NCBI GenBank assembly: GCA_001783805.1
Contig: MFNS01000001.1
Span: 257,074-321,073, forward strand
DNA length: 64,000 nt
Direction: 5' to 3'
From: Candidatus Levybacteria bacterium RIFCSPHIGHO2_01_FULL_40_16
Lineage (GTDB): Bacteria; Patescibacteriota; Microgenomatia; Levybacterales; UBA12049
The notes beneath the pieces are model-generated. The model made no database searches. It was given only the letters and a program-made list of their open reading frames with translations, and was not told the DNA's origin. A program made the position numbers and the translations under genes. Shown here in pieces: positions 50,163 to 59,767 of the stretch (its first letter is position 1; every line of letters begins with the position of its first letter).

Positions 50163-50987
50163 ATGAAGATTGACGGAAAACAGATTGCCAATAAGATATT
50201 GGATGAACTAAGGACAAAGGTAGGAGGACTTAAAAAGAAAAATATTACACCTTGTCTTGCGATAATTTTGGTCGGGGACGATCCCGCATCTGTCGCCTAT
50301 ATTAATCAAAAAGAATTAAGAGCGGAAAATGTCGGCATTCAAACCTCTGTCTACAACTTGGAATCAGGAATCACGAATCAAGAATTAATAAGATTAATCG
50401 ATAAACTAAATCGCGATTCAAAGATTCATGGAATAATAATTCAAAGGCCACTGCCTACACAAATAAATGAAGAGGAAATATCAAGAGCGGTCGCTCCTGA
50501 AAAAGACGTCGACGGCTTTAATCCCAACTCGCAATTTGAAATGCCCATCGTCATGGCAGTTTTTGAAATTTTGGAGAAAATAGGGATTAATAAAATTGAT
50601 TTAAAATCAAAAAAAATAGTTGTTTTGGGCAAAGGGGAAACCGGCGGACAACCGGTTATTAATGTGCTCCAAAAATTAGGAACAAAACCTACAATTATTG
50701 ACAGTAAAACTATGAACTATGAACAATTAACTAAAGATGCCGATATCATAATCTGCGCAGTTGGCAAAGCCAATGTCCTAAAACCGGAAATGATTAAGAG
50801 GGGAGTGACCCTACTCGGCATTGGCATATCCAGAGGGGAGAGCGCTAAATTGATGGGGGATTACGATCAGAACAAGATCAAAAATATTGCCTCTTTTTAT
50901 ACCCCAACTCCGGGGGGTGTGGGACCTGTCAACGTCGCCATGCTCCTAAAAAATTTAGCATTTGCTGCCGAGAATTCTTCGAGGTAA
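50163..50987 (+). CDS. folD: bifunctional methylenetetrahydrofolate dehydrogenase/cyclohydrolase
   Basis: ILVGDDPASVAYINQK, GIIIQRPLP and TPTPGGVGPVNVAMLLKN motifs. Confidence 0.85.
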   Translation: MKIDGKQIANKILDELRTKVGGLKKKNITPCLAIILVGDDPASVAYINQKELRAENVGIQTSVYNLESGITNQELIRLIDKLNRDSKIHGIIIQRPLPTQINEEEISRAVAPEKDVDGFNPNSQFEMPIVMAVFEILEKIGINKIDLKSKKIVVLGKGETGGQPVINVLQKLGTKPTIIDSKTMNYEQLTKDADIIICAVGKANVLKPEMIKRGVTLLGIGISRGESAKLMGDYDQNKIKNIASFYTPTPGGVGPVNVAMLLKNLAFAAENSSR

Positions 50988-51256
50988 TTATTCCCTTTTG
51001 TTCTGTAGAGTTAAAATGTATTTCCTCTCGACTGCTGCTGAATATACCTCTATTGCTTCCTCACTTTTTAACAAGCTTGTTGCGATAGCCAATGTAATAG
51101 GTCTTTCAACGTGGTGTCTGTCAAAAATTATGGCTTTATTTGTAATTTCTGGGCCGAGAATACCTTCCGGAATATTTTTTATATGCGATTCCGTCATTTT
51201 ATTTATTAACTTAAAAGTTTACCAGGTTATTTTTAAAGTATCAAGGGGTATTAGGG

Positions 51257-51285
51257 TTGACAATCCGCATTTTGAATACTATACT
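51257..51285 (+). promoter_or_regulatory. sigma70-like promoter (-35 TTGACA, 17-nt spacer, -10 TATACT)
   Basis: Near-consensus hexamers read directly. A GGAGAGAGGGG Shine-Dalgarno sequence and a TTG start follow at 51329. Confidence 0.4.
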
Positions 51286-51328
51286 TTGGCAAATGGTATT
51301 TTGGCGAACGGAGAGAGGGGAAAAGCAG

Positions 51329-51805
51329 TTGCCCTTCGCATATTCCACAAAAGAGCTGGGAAAGAAATTTCTTGAAGATTCCTATGAGGGAAAGGCGTCA
51401 TCATTCAAGGAAAATGAGAGTATAATCCGTTCAAATTTAAAAAGTGTATTAGAGCGAATGCTCCCGGGACACTTTGGACCCTTCACGATAGATGATCGTT
51501 TCAAAATCATAAAAGCAATTCGGGATGAAGGATTAACTTTTGGATATCTGGCATTCATGCTTGCTGACGATCATCCCTTATTGAATGGCTGGGCGGAAAA
51601 AGAGAGACGGCGGGATTTACATTATATTGTGGGAAAAGAAACACTGGGTTTTGAAAACCACATTGTTACCCTAGAATTAGGACTTGAAGGATACGAAGAT
51701 GAAAGCACAAAAGCGAGCATAGAAGAAGAAATGAAACCTTATGAAAACTTTCAAAAGAGGCTTCTTGAAAGAGCAACGCCTACGCCAAAAAATTTAAAAA
51801 ATTAA
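51329..51805 (+). CDS. hypothetical protein (TTG start predicted)
   Basis: The TTG lies 7-8 nt after the SD; the frame continues as LPFAYSTKELGKKF... The ORF track starts earlier at 51257, which would overlap the promoter. Confidence 0.4.
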   Translation: MPFAYSTKELGKKFLEDSYEGKASSFKENESIIRSNLKSVLERMLPGHFGPFTIDDRFKIIKAIRDEGLTFGYLAFMLADDHPLLNGWAEKERRRDLHYIVGKETLGFENHIVTLELGLEGYEDESTKASIEEEMKPYENFQKRLLERATPTPKNLKN

Positions 51806-51855
51806 ATCTTTGATCTATTGACAAATAAAATCAATCACTATAAACTTTCTTAGAA

Positions 51856-52410
51856 ATGGTAGAGAAAAGACCACCAACGCCACCCGAAGCATCCGAATTT
51901 CATCTCGAAAAAATAGTCAATGGAGATTTTAAAGGGAAAAGCATTCTTTCTCTGAAACAGCTTGACTCGGCGTCACTTCTTAAATTATCAAATGTTACCT
52001 TAAAGATAAGTCAAATTGATAGCGGCCCACTATGGAGTTCTTTACCGAGCGCTCTTCTTCGAGACGATGTTGTTGGAATTCTTTGTAAGAACCTATCTTT
52101 TAATTTACCAAGGATTTCCTTCGAAAAAGCTGTAACAAGATTAGGTGGTGCAGTAATCTTGGCATCTGCCGATGATACTTCAATTCCCCCAAGGGAATCA
52201 GCCGAGGAGGCGATAATGGGGCTCCAAATTAACTGTGATCTTGTTGTTTTAACTGATCCCCAAGAAAAATTATTTAAAATGGCGAAAACAAGCCCGCGCC
52301 CTATCATAAGCGCTTTACTAAGTTATGATCCTAAATTCTCAAAACTAGCTATTGACCCCAAGCATACAAATATGGCTTTACTCACCTTGGCTTTGGGAAA
52401 GGAAATCTAA
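51856..52410 (+). CDS. hypothetical protein (184 aa)
   Basis: ORF only. Confidence 0.4.
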   Translation: MVEKRPPTPPEASEFHLEKIVNGDFKGKSILSLKQLDSASLLKLSNVTLKISQIDSGPLWSSLPSALLRDDVVGILCKNLSFNLPRISFEKAVTRLGGAVILASADDTSIPPRESAEEAIMGLQINCDLVVLTDPQEKLFKMAKTSPRPIISALLSYDPKFSKLAIDPKHTNMALLTLALGKEI

Positions 52411-52429
52411 ATGTGGTAAACTATAATTT

Positions 52430-53167
52430 ATGAGAGAGTTAAAGACTTCATTATTAACTGCTTTTGGAATTCTCTTAGTTTTCTTTTTATACACCAAATT
52501 CGCGGGACCGGTTCCGTTTTCGGTAAATAGCATACAAACGACAAAAACTAATTTGTTCAGCGTTTCGGGGGAGGGGAAAGCAACCGGAATTCCTGATACG
52601 GCTCGACTCTCAATTGGAGTTACCAAAACCGCATCAACCGTTGGAGCTGCTCAAGAACAAACCAATACTGCTACGAATAAAGTCATTGCGGATTTAAAAA
52701 GTTTGGGAGTTGCGGAAAAAAATATTAAAACTACCAATTATTCGGTTAATCCAAATTATGATTTTGACAGGGGAGTGCAAAATATTACCGGCTATACTGT
52801 AGTTCAAACTCTGGAAGTAAATATTACGCCAATTGACATTGCTAATAAAGCTATTGACGCGGCAACTACGGACGGGGCAAATTTGGTCGGCGGAATAATT
52901 TTTACTTTCGATGAAAAAACCAAAAAAGATTTAGAAAATAAAGCCAGAACAGAAGCAGTTAAAATGGCCAAAGAAAAAGCGCAAAGTTTGAGCAGCGCAA
53001 CGGGAATTAGATTGGGAAAAATTGTGGATGTCCAAGAATCAAACGGTTTTGAGCCAAGACCAATCATGATGGCGCAATCGCTGGAAGCAAAATCAGCAGA
53101 CACTCAACTCCAACCGGGCGAAAACTCTATAATTATCAACATCACCCTCTCCTACGAGGCTTTATGA
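52430..53167 (+). CDS. SIMPL/DUF541 (BP26-like) periplasmic protein
   Basis: N-terminal TM segment, then VSGEGKATGIPDTARLSIGV...NIKTTNYSVNPNY, typical of the DUF541 family. Confidence 0.65.
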   Translation: MRELKTSLLTAFGILLVFFLYTKFAGPVPFSVNSIQTTKTNLFSVSGEGKATGIPDTARLSIGVTKTASTVGAAQEQTNTATNKVIADLKSLGVAEKNIKTTNYSVNPNYDFDRGVQNITGYTVVQTLEVNITPIDIANKAIDAATTDGANLVGGIIFTFDEKTKKDLENKARTEAVKMAKEKAQSLSSATGIRLGKIVDVQESNGFEPRPIMMAQSLEAKSADTQLQPGENSIIINITLSYEAL

Positions 53168-53268
53168 AATAAAGTCGATGTCCACCAGGAATCGCTCTTT
53201 GAGCCGTATTCGAATAGAATTGAAAAGGCGAGAAGTAAGATTTGGTGGATGAGACTTTATGAGCTGTC

Positions 53269-53298
53269 ATCCTGAATTTATTTCAGGATCTTATTTTG
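53269..53298 (+). terminator. Rho-independent terminator
   Basis: ATCCTGAA-TTTAT-TTCAGGAT 8-bp stem followed by CTTATTTTG. Confidence 0.5.
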
Positions 53299-53376
53299 CC
53301 ATATTGACAGCAATTAGTAACTTCTGATAAAGTTTAATAAATTTGCCGGAGAGCCCAAAACACCCTCTGGTTTTTT

Positions 53377-53625
53377 ATGAAAAAGGAATCAAAAATTCCC
53401 ATTCAATCTTTTGATCCTATAACCGGAAAGTGCAGCTTGGAAGGAAAGAAAGGAAGGCCTGACTCTTGCCCAATCAGCGCTAAAATTGTCAAGATTAATA
53501 AAAATCCACAGGAGATTGCAAAAAGCGGCCTATCAGATGTCTGCAAAGCATGCGAAACTGATCCAGAAATTCCAGCGATGTTGGTTGAAATAAATAGGGG
53601 TGGCCATCTTTTTGGCAATAAATAA
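53377..53625 (+). CDS. small Cys-containing hypothetical protein (82 aa)
   Basis: ORF with C-x11-C and CxxC spacing; no strong RBS. Confidence 0.3.
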   Translation: MKKESKIPIQSFDPITGKCSLEGKKGRPDSCPISAKIVKINKNPQEIAKSGLSDVCKACETDPEIPAMLVEINRGGHLFGNK

Positions 53626-53631
53626 ACAAAT

Positions 53632-54585
53632 CTACTTATTCCCGCTGTGGAAGGATTTGTGTACATCGCGGAGCTGTTTATTTGTGACGTGGGTGTAGAT
53701 TTGGGTTGTAGCAATATTTTTATGTCCGAGCATTTCCTGAACGCTTCTTAAATCTGCGCCATTGGTCAATAAGTCCGTTGCGAATGAGTGTCTAAGCGTA
53801 TGAACAGTTGCGTCAACCGGTAAGCGGGCAACCCGAACATATTTTTTCACAATTCTTTCGATACTGCGCGCGGTCAACCTCATCTTTTCTCCGCCGTTTT
53901 CCTCAATGATTTTCCCCGAATATCTTATAAACAGGGGTTTGAAATTATCTTTTCGTTCTTTTAGATACCGCGTGACCCATTCTTCCGCCCTGTCGGAAAC
54001 AAAAACTACTCTGGCGCGTCCGCCCTTGCCTACGACTCCAAACTCACGCCGATCGAGATTGATTTGATTATGGTTAAGGCTGACCAATTCGGAAACACGC
54101 AGGCCCGTTGAAAATAGTAGTTCAAAAATGGCTCTATCCCGGATGCCTTCTTCTTTGGAAGTATCAATTGAAGTTACTATCCTGTCTATTTGTTCGCGTT
54201 CCAGAAATTTTAAACTCCGGCTTTCGGTTTTTGGCAGTTCTATTTTCGAAGGTTCAAGTGTTGGATGATCATTTTTAATTAGAAACCGCAGGAGACTTCG
54301 AAGCGCTATCACGTAATAGTTCTGTGTAACTCTTTTTAAGGTCATTCCCTTGGCGTCAATGCGATTAGCCAGATATACCCGGTATTTTCTGACTGTTGCT
54401 AAATCCAGATTTCTTATTGACATTGAGGGCATGTTTTGAGTAAACCAGATATTAAAAATTTCCAGATAATGCCTGTAATCGCGGATTGTTAGTTTGGAAC
54501 AATTTTTTTCAATTTCCAAATATTCTAGAAATTGATTAATTAGGCCGGAAAGGGCATTCACAACCACCGGCAGCTTGTTATCCAT
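53632..54585 (-). CDS. tyrosine site-specific recombinase, XerC/XerD-like
   Basis: N-terminal SAM-like domain and a catalytic R...HTLRHSFATDLL...LGHKNIATTQIYTHV signature. Confidence 0.8.
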   Translation of the reverse strand: MDNKLPVVVNALSGLINQFLEYLEIEKNCSKLTIRDYRHYLEIFNIWFTQNMPSMSIRNLDLATVRKYRVYLANRIDAKGMTLKRVTQNYYVIALRSLLRFLIKNDHPTLEPSKIELPKTESRSLKFLEREQIDRIVTSIDTSKEEGIRDRAIFELLFSTGLRVSELVSLNHNQINLDRREFGVVGKGGRARVVFVSDRAEEWVTRYLKERKDNFKPLFIRYSGKIIEENGGEKMRLTARSIERIVKKYVRVARLPVDATVHTLRHSFATDLLTNGADLRSVQEMLGHKNIATTQIYTHVTNKQLRDVHKSFHSGNK

Positions 54586-54716
54586 ATATCTCTACGCGTA
54601 TTCGAATTGGTAAGCCAACTCCATTTTGCGACGCTTGCGTTGTAAAATGGAGCAGACAAAACCAGAATCTCTATTTATTATGCGACGCGGTAGTCAACAT
54701 TGTCAATTACCATGAA

Positions 54717-55211
54717 TCATATTTCTTTTTGCAGCCTTTTGAAAATGTTTTGTCCCCATTTTTTAACCCATTTAGGGTCTTGCATAACTTCGAGAAAGGG
54801 TAAGTTTTGATAGTAGTAGTTAGTTTCTGTTTTAAAAGCCAATTCAGGATTAAAAATGCCATATGCGTTTTCCTTCAAAGATATACCATAAAGATCTTTT
54901 ATTAATTTTCCCTGTACTTCCTCGTTCCAACCGGTCCAACCATGAACCATTTCTGATCCAAATTGCTCGATTAGATGTTGTTTAAAGTATTCGGAAACAG
55001 GGACATCTTCAAGTAGCGCCTCCATCTGAAATAATGCCTCATTGTTGCCTGTAAAATTATCCATCATTTTCCTGATCGCTCTTTGCATAAAAAGCTCTCC
55101 TGATAGATTTGTATCATCTTTTGGCAACACAGTATTGTCTTTTAATAATCTGATAAATTCTTCCGCCTTTTCCCTCGGTCCCATTTTGGGCCTTGGCTCG
55201 CTCTCAGTCAT
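54717..55211 (-). CDS. hypothetical protein (164 aa)
   Basis: ORF only. Confidence 0.4.
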   Translation of the reverse strand: MTESEPRPKMGPREKAEEFIRLLKDNTVLPKDDTNLSGELFMQRAIRKMMDNFTGNNEALFQMEALLEDVPVSEYFKQHLIEQFGSEMVHGWTGWNEEVQGKLIKDLYGISLKENAYGIFNPELAFKTETNYYYQNLPFLEVMQDPKWVKKWGQNIFKRLQKEI

Positions 55212-56157
55212 AGGAAGAGAATTATAGCAAAATGAGCGTGTTTAAGCTAATAAATAAAACTTCTCCGGGTAAAAATGCTCAGGGGAAAAGGAAATTAATT
55301 GAATTTTAGCCTCAAATAGTCTCGTGAAAATACGACATATTAGTCCCATAGTGGGGAAGTGTATCAAATTTTAAGCCCTGGAAATTAGGGAGAATAATGA
55401 CCAAGGTGATTGAGGCGTAAATGAAATATCAATAAATCTGCGCGAAAAGTTAAAGCAATTTTAACCACTTCTCCATGGATATGAGCCTGGGTGGTGTCGC
55501 AAAAGTTATATTGTACGACATAATTACTTTCTTCTCTCCATCTGCTTAAGTCCATTATTTTGATCTCCGCGGATTATTCTCTTGATATTCACAGATAATA
55601 TTGCTTGGAGAACAAGATATCTACTCCTCCGGCCGGTTGCTTAAAGATTTACCGAGTTATCATCCTTAACTATTAATCACTTATCATTAATAATTATTAA
55701 CACCGCGGCTCTCCACCCCTCTTGGCCGCGTCGCAATTTAGAGCTTATTATCAATCTAAACTCACGATTTTAGCCTCAAAAACATGTGGATTAGCATGTT
55801 CGTATTTTTTTCGATTTAGGTCAATTTATCAATCCAAACTTCTAATTTCAAGGCTCAATCAATATGAAAGAGCAATATTGTTTCAAAGAGAAGAGGGGTG
55901 GCGCGACTGGAGGGCGTCCCGTTGAGTGACCGCAGGGAGCCTGCGACCGAGGACGTCGGACGGGACGAAGGAGCGACAGGACCCCGACCCCATGATCATA
56001 TCCCGTGAAAATTCCCGCATAATCTCGTGAAAAGTTATCCACATTCTGCAAAGCAGAATCCTAAATTAAGACCTATAATATCATAAGCTGCTATATCAAA
56101 CTATATCACGTTCGTCGCTTCGCTCCTCCCCTCTTCCCTGCTCCTGAAGAGTTTAAT
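55212..56157. other. ~950-bp region without a credible ORF; contains a GC-rich island (about 55885-55990) with local hairpins and short dispersed repeats
   Basis: All six frames are stop-dense. GC content rises sharply from about 55885 to 55990. An 11-nt inverted pair CCACCCCTCTT / AAGAGGGGTGG lies at about 55714 and 55892. Confidence 0.4.
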
Positions 56158-56988
56158 TTATGACCTCATGCTAAAGGTTATAAAAACTAGAAAAATAATT
56201 ACGCCGACCCAAATATATTCCCACATTACGCCCTTAAAAAGTCTCTTTTCTAACCAGATCTGGGAAATACCCACCAGGATATAAAAAAGACCGGTTAAGA
56301 AAAGTCCGATTATGGTCGGCGTTGTCGGCCAAAACCATAATATTAACGTGGTCTCGGCAATACAGATTGCGATTAGAGAAATCCATTCGAAATGCAAGCG
56401 GAAATCAGCTTCTAAAGTATGAGTCCAAATAGAATGGATGATTAGAGGAAAAGAAAAAGTAAAGACAAAAAATAAAGTTAGGAAAATATTCAGATGCAAG
56501 GAAAAAACAACATTAGCCATAAAAAAATAGGATAGAAGCGTCACGATAAATGAGACGGTACGGGCAGAGGATAAAAGAGCAATAGTCCTAATTGAAGAGA
56601 CAATAAAAATATTTTCCGAAAGAAGCAGTGAATAGAGTCCGAAAGCATACAGTGATGTCATCCCGATGCGGGTCAAAAATCTGGCCGGAATCAAGAAATA
56701 AAATAGAGCACAAGACAAAGTATAAAATAACGGCAAAATAAAAACCTGAGGCGAGAAATTGTCTTCGAGTTCTGAGCTTTCCGCCCATAAAACAAAAAGG
56801 TCTGTGAAGAGAGCTAGCAGGAAGGCCAGATACATCCCCCCACGGCCAAATAGCTGCTCCGAGAAAAAAAGAGTTAGAGACAAAACTACTACCGTAATTA
56901 TAAATTTTTGCCTCTTGGGAATATTAATAAGAAAGTTAATCTTCCTTCTAATTTTGCGCCAAATTTGAGTAAACTTTTTGTACATCAT
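56158..56988 (-). CDS. polytopic membrane protein, hypothetical
   Basis: About 8 hydrophobic segments; no motif. Confidence 0.45.
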   Translation of the reverse strand: MMYKKFTQIWRKIRRKINFLINIPKRQKFIITVVVLSLTLFFSEQLFGRGGMYLAFLLALFTDLFVLWAESSELEDNFSPQVFILPLFYTLSCALFYFLIPARFLTRIGMTSLYAFGLYSLLLSENIFIVSSIRTIALLSSARTVSFIVTLLSYFFMANVVFSLHLNIFLTLFFVFTFSFPLIIHSIWTHTLEADFRLHFEWISLIAICIAETTLILWFWPTTPTIIGLFLTGLFYILVGISQIWLEKRLFKGVMWEYIWVGVIIFLVFITFSMRS

Positions 56989-57676
56989 CCAATCCCTCTA
57001 TTTTGTCCAGGAAATTGATAATTTTCTCCAATTTTGTCGGGTCGGAAATAACCACCGGATTTAGCGGTTTTCGGACAGCTTCAACCCCAACAGGGATGAT
57101 GCCTTTTTTTATAAGGCGTTCTCTGACAGAAGACAGATCGGCATAAGCAGTCGTGATAATTGCCTTGTCTTCAGCTTCTTCCAAATCCTCTGCCCCACTA
57201 TCAACTGCAATCTCGAACAATTCATCAATGGTTCTGATATCTTTTCCAACAACTATTCTGCCTTTTTGCTCAAATTGATACGCGACAGATCCGGGTTGAC
57301 CAAAATTTCCGCCCTCCTTATTAAAGATACTTTTTATTTCGCTGGTTGTTCTCATCGTATTGTCCGTAGCAGCTTCAATAATTACGCTAATGCCTTCCGG
57401 AGCAAATCCCTCATAAATTACCTCCTGCAGTTTTCCCGCATCCTTCCCGACAGCTTTTTGGATTGCCCGTTCAATATTGTCTTTAGGCATATTTGCGCTA
57501 CGCGCGCTATCTACAGCCAGACGGAGTTTGAAATTACTGTTAGGATCGGTTATGCCCCCGCTTGCCTTTACCGCAACGGTAATTGCATTAGAAATTTTGG
57601 TAAAGGTCAGTCCCCTTTTAAGGTCAGCTGCTCCTTTGGCTCTTTTGATTGTGGCCCATTTTGAATGTCCGCTCAT
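56948..57676 (-). CDS. yebC: YebC/PmpR-family DNA-binding regulator
   Basis: MSGHSKWATIKRAKGAADLKRG is the canonical family N-terminus; the ORF track begins 21 codons earlier. Confidence 0.85.
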   Translation of the reverse strand: MSGHSKWATIKRAKGAADLKRGLTFTKISNAITVAVKASGGITDPNSNFKLRLAVDSARSANMPKDNIERAIQKAVGKDAGKLQEVIYEGFAPEGISVIIEAATDNTMRTTSEIKSIFNKEGGNFGQPGSVAYQFEQKGRIVVGKDIRTIDELFEIAVDSGAEDLEEAEDKAIITTAYADLSSVRERLIKKGIIPVGVEAVRKPLNPVVISDPTKLEKIINFLDKIEGLDDVQKVYSNLAQN

Positions 57677-57710
57677 AGCCCAATGTATCAAATAATTATA
57701 CTTTTTACCA

Positions 57711-58493
57711 TTGACTTTTGCAATAAAACCCTGTATCATCTTTCACAATAATCGTAATTTTTCTCCACCGATGGCACTACTAAAAGACAAAGCTATTCAA
57801 GCAATGCTTCTAGGCGACTGGAAAAACGCAACCTCTTTAAATAAAGCCCTTATCAAAGAGGACCCTAAAGATATCGACGCTCTTAATCGTTTGGCATATG
57901 CATTTACAATCTTAGGAAAGATTCAGGATGCTAAATCTACCTATAGAAAAGTCTTAAAAATAGATATCCTGAATCAAATCGCAATTAGAAATATAAAAAA
58001 ACTGACTGACCTGGGACCCAAGCGAATTTCAAAAAGTTTATCCCCTGTTAAAGGCGTTAACAACATTTTTCTTGAGGAAACAGGAAAAACAAAAATTATT
58101 TCCCTTGTGAATACCGCCCAACCCAGAATTATTGCCCTTTTGACAACAGGCCAACCCGTAGTGATCGCGACAAAAAGATCAAAAATATTTGTTCAAGACC
58201 AAAATAAACAATATCTAGGAGTATTGCCGGATGACGTGGGAAGAAGACTTATTAAATTAATAAAGGGCGGAAATAGATATACGGCTTGCATAAAATCCGC
58301 AACAGAGCATAATGTTTGTGTTTTTGTGAAAGAGACCAAAAGAGTATCCAAATACAGGAATCAACCATCCTTTCCACAGACTGCCGATCAAGACCTAGCT
58401 TTATCAAAAGACAACAGAGTAAAGATAAAAAATTATAAAGATTTTGGAGAAGAAGATGACGATCACCCTTATTTATTGGATGAAGAATCCTGA
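57711..58493 (+). CDS. TPR-like repeat hypothetical protein
   Basis: N-terminal helical repeats (ALNRLAYAFTILGKIQDAKSTYRKVLKID). Confidence 0.4.
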   Translation: MTFAIKPCIIFHNNRNFSPPMALLKDKAIQAMLLGDWKNATSLNKALIKEDPKDIDALNRLAYAFTILGKIQDAKSTYRKVLKIDILNQIAIRNIKKLTDLGPKRISKSLSPVKGVNNIFLEETGKTKIISLVNTAQPRIIALLTTGQPVVIATKRSKIFVQDQNKQYLGVLPDDVGRRLIKLIKGGNRYTACIKSATEHNVCVFVKETKRVSKYRNQPSFPQTADQDLALSKDNRVKIKNYKDFGEEDDDHPYLLDEES

Positions 58494-58629
58494 AAAACCA
58501 CCCTCCCCTTGGACAACTTTTTCTTAACTTGGCCGATGTGGGATTTGTTTTCCAGATCGGCAAGCGCAATTACGGAAAAAATTACCGATATAATTGCTAT
58601 TACAATAATTACTAACCAAATATTCATAT

Positions 58630-59430
58630 TTAAAAGGGGGCAGAATTGACTTTGTCCTCCCCTATTATTATAGTTATATCCGAAACCGCATTATTGGCAT
58701 CTTTTACAGCTTCATATCCAAGTACCTTTTGCAGCCTTTCTACTGTATAGGTTTTTTTATCAATATATGAGATTGTAGACTTTTTTCTCAAGTTATTCTC
58801 CGTCGCAACAATTATAACATCTCCGCCCATATTGGTTACTAATTTAGCCAGCCTGTTTCCAAGTCCACTGACATTTGTTGCGTTAATAATTTGTATCGTT
58901 TGCTTGTCTTTTTCTATAAAAGCATCACTTACTAAGTGATCTACTGTCCTATCCAATTCCAATCTGCTTGTACCCCTTACCGTTTTTACATTAATCGAGC
59001 TTTCCGGAACAACCCTTACGAAGAGCGCGATCTTTAAAAGATCTATGATCGTGAGGTTGGTTTTAAGACTACTGTAATTATAAATTGCATTTACAAATAG
59101 TGAATCAATTTTCTTATTTAAATCCAAAGAAACGCCGGCAATAAATCCATCTATGGGAATCTCCAGGAGCGGTCCTGCTTCCTCCGGCTTTGTTCCATCA
59201 TTCAATTTGAAAATTGCGATATCTTTTGAACCGGGAGATAAAGAAATTACTTCAATATTACGCCCGTTAGCTACACTTAGGGTAAATCTTTTGGAATCGT
59301 CGAATTGACTATTTTTTATGACAGTAATAATTTTAAAAATTAGCGAGATTCCAACAATAAAAATCAATAAAACAAAAAAAACAATAGCAATCTTCGTATT
59401 GCTAACCGAGGGATCATCTTTCTTTTTCAT
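58630..59430 (-). CDS. membrane-anchored LytR_C-domain protein
   Basis: N-terminal TM segment and a C-terminal IQIINATNVSGLGNRLAKLVTNMGGDV block matching the LytR C-terminal domain. Confidence 0.45.
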   Translation of the reverse strand: MKKKDDPSVSNTKIAIVFFVLLIFIVGISLIFKIITVIKNSQFDDSKRFTLSVANGRNIEVISLSPGSKDIAIFKLNDGTKPEEAGPLLEIPIDGFIAGVSLDLNKKIDSLFVNAIYNYSSLKTNLTIIDLLKIALFVRVVPESSINVKTVRGTSRLELDRTVDHLVSDAFIEKDKQTIQIINATNVSGLGNRLAKLVTNMGGDVIIVATENNLRKKSTISYIDKKTYTVERLQKVLGYEAVKDANNAVSDITIIIGEDKVNSAPF

Positions 59431-59767
59431 AAGTTAAAAGTTCTTTTTTACCCGCCTAAAATCGCAGCATGAGCCGTGTACTGCCTGTCCGCCTCTGGCG
59501 GAAATAGTACCTAAAGGCGAATGCTAAGATTGGGAGGGGCGTTTTTTTTCGATTAATTTAGGCATAGAAAAAGTAGGAGCACCCATGCCTATGGACACAG
59601 AAGATATATTCCTTGAATCTTTCTTCTTTTTCTTTTTTTCTCCTTTATAAAATCCGCCCATTCCACCACCCATAATTTAAATCACCACCCTCGCCCGCCG
59701 AAGCTTTAGCGCAGGCGGGTTCAATAATATAATTTTACCAATTTCGTAGCTCAGAATCAACACAAAA

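Noticed and set aside
50962-51375. 137-aa plus-strand ORF overlapping the end of folD, and the 69-aa minus ORF at 50988-51197.
   Set aside because: They overlap each other and the strong promoter at 51257-51285. There are no RBS or motif signals, so the region is more likely promoter or UTR DNA.
54620-54649. Calling the 30-bp palindrome a dif site.
   Set aside because: It lacks the 11-6-11 architecture with the AT-rich ATAA...TTAT central region of known dif sites. It is reported only as a palindrome of unknown role.
55303-55777. Possible CRISPR array suggested by the repeated ATTTTAGCCTCAAA.
   Set aside because: There are only two copies, about 455 bp apart, with no regular repeat-spacer periodicity. 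No cas genes are in the window.
55212-56157. Attempted identification of tmRNA, RNase P RNA, SRP RNA or 5S rRNA in the ORF-free region.
   Set aside because: I looked by eye for GGAAAGTCCGG and AGGGTGAAA (RNase P), a tRNA-like GGTTCGANTCC...CCA 3' end with an ANDxxALAA-encoding tag (tmRNA), AGGTCCGGAAGGAAGCAGC (SRP) and CCGAACTCAGAAGTGAAAC (5S). None matched. The region is left as unassigned rather than called as any of these.
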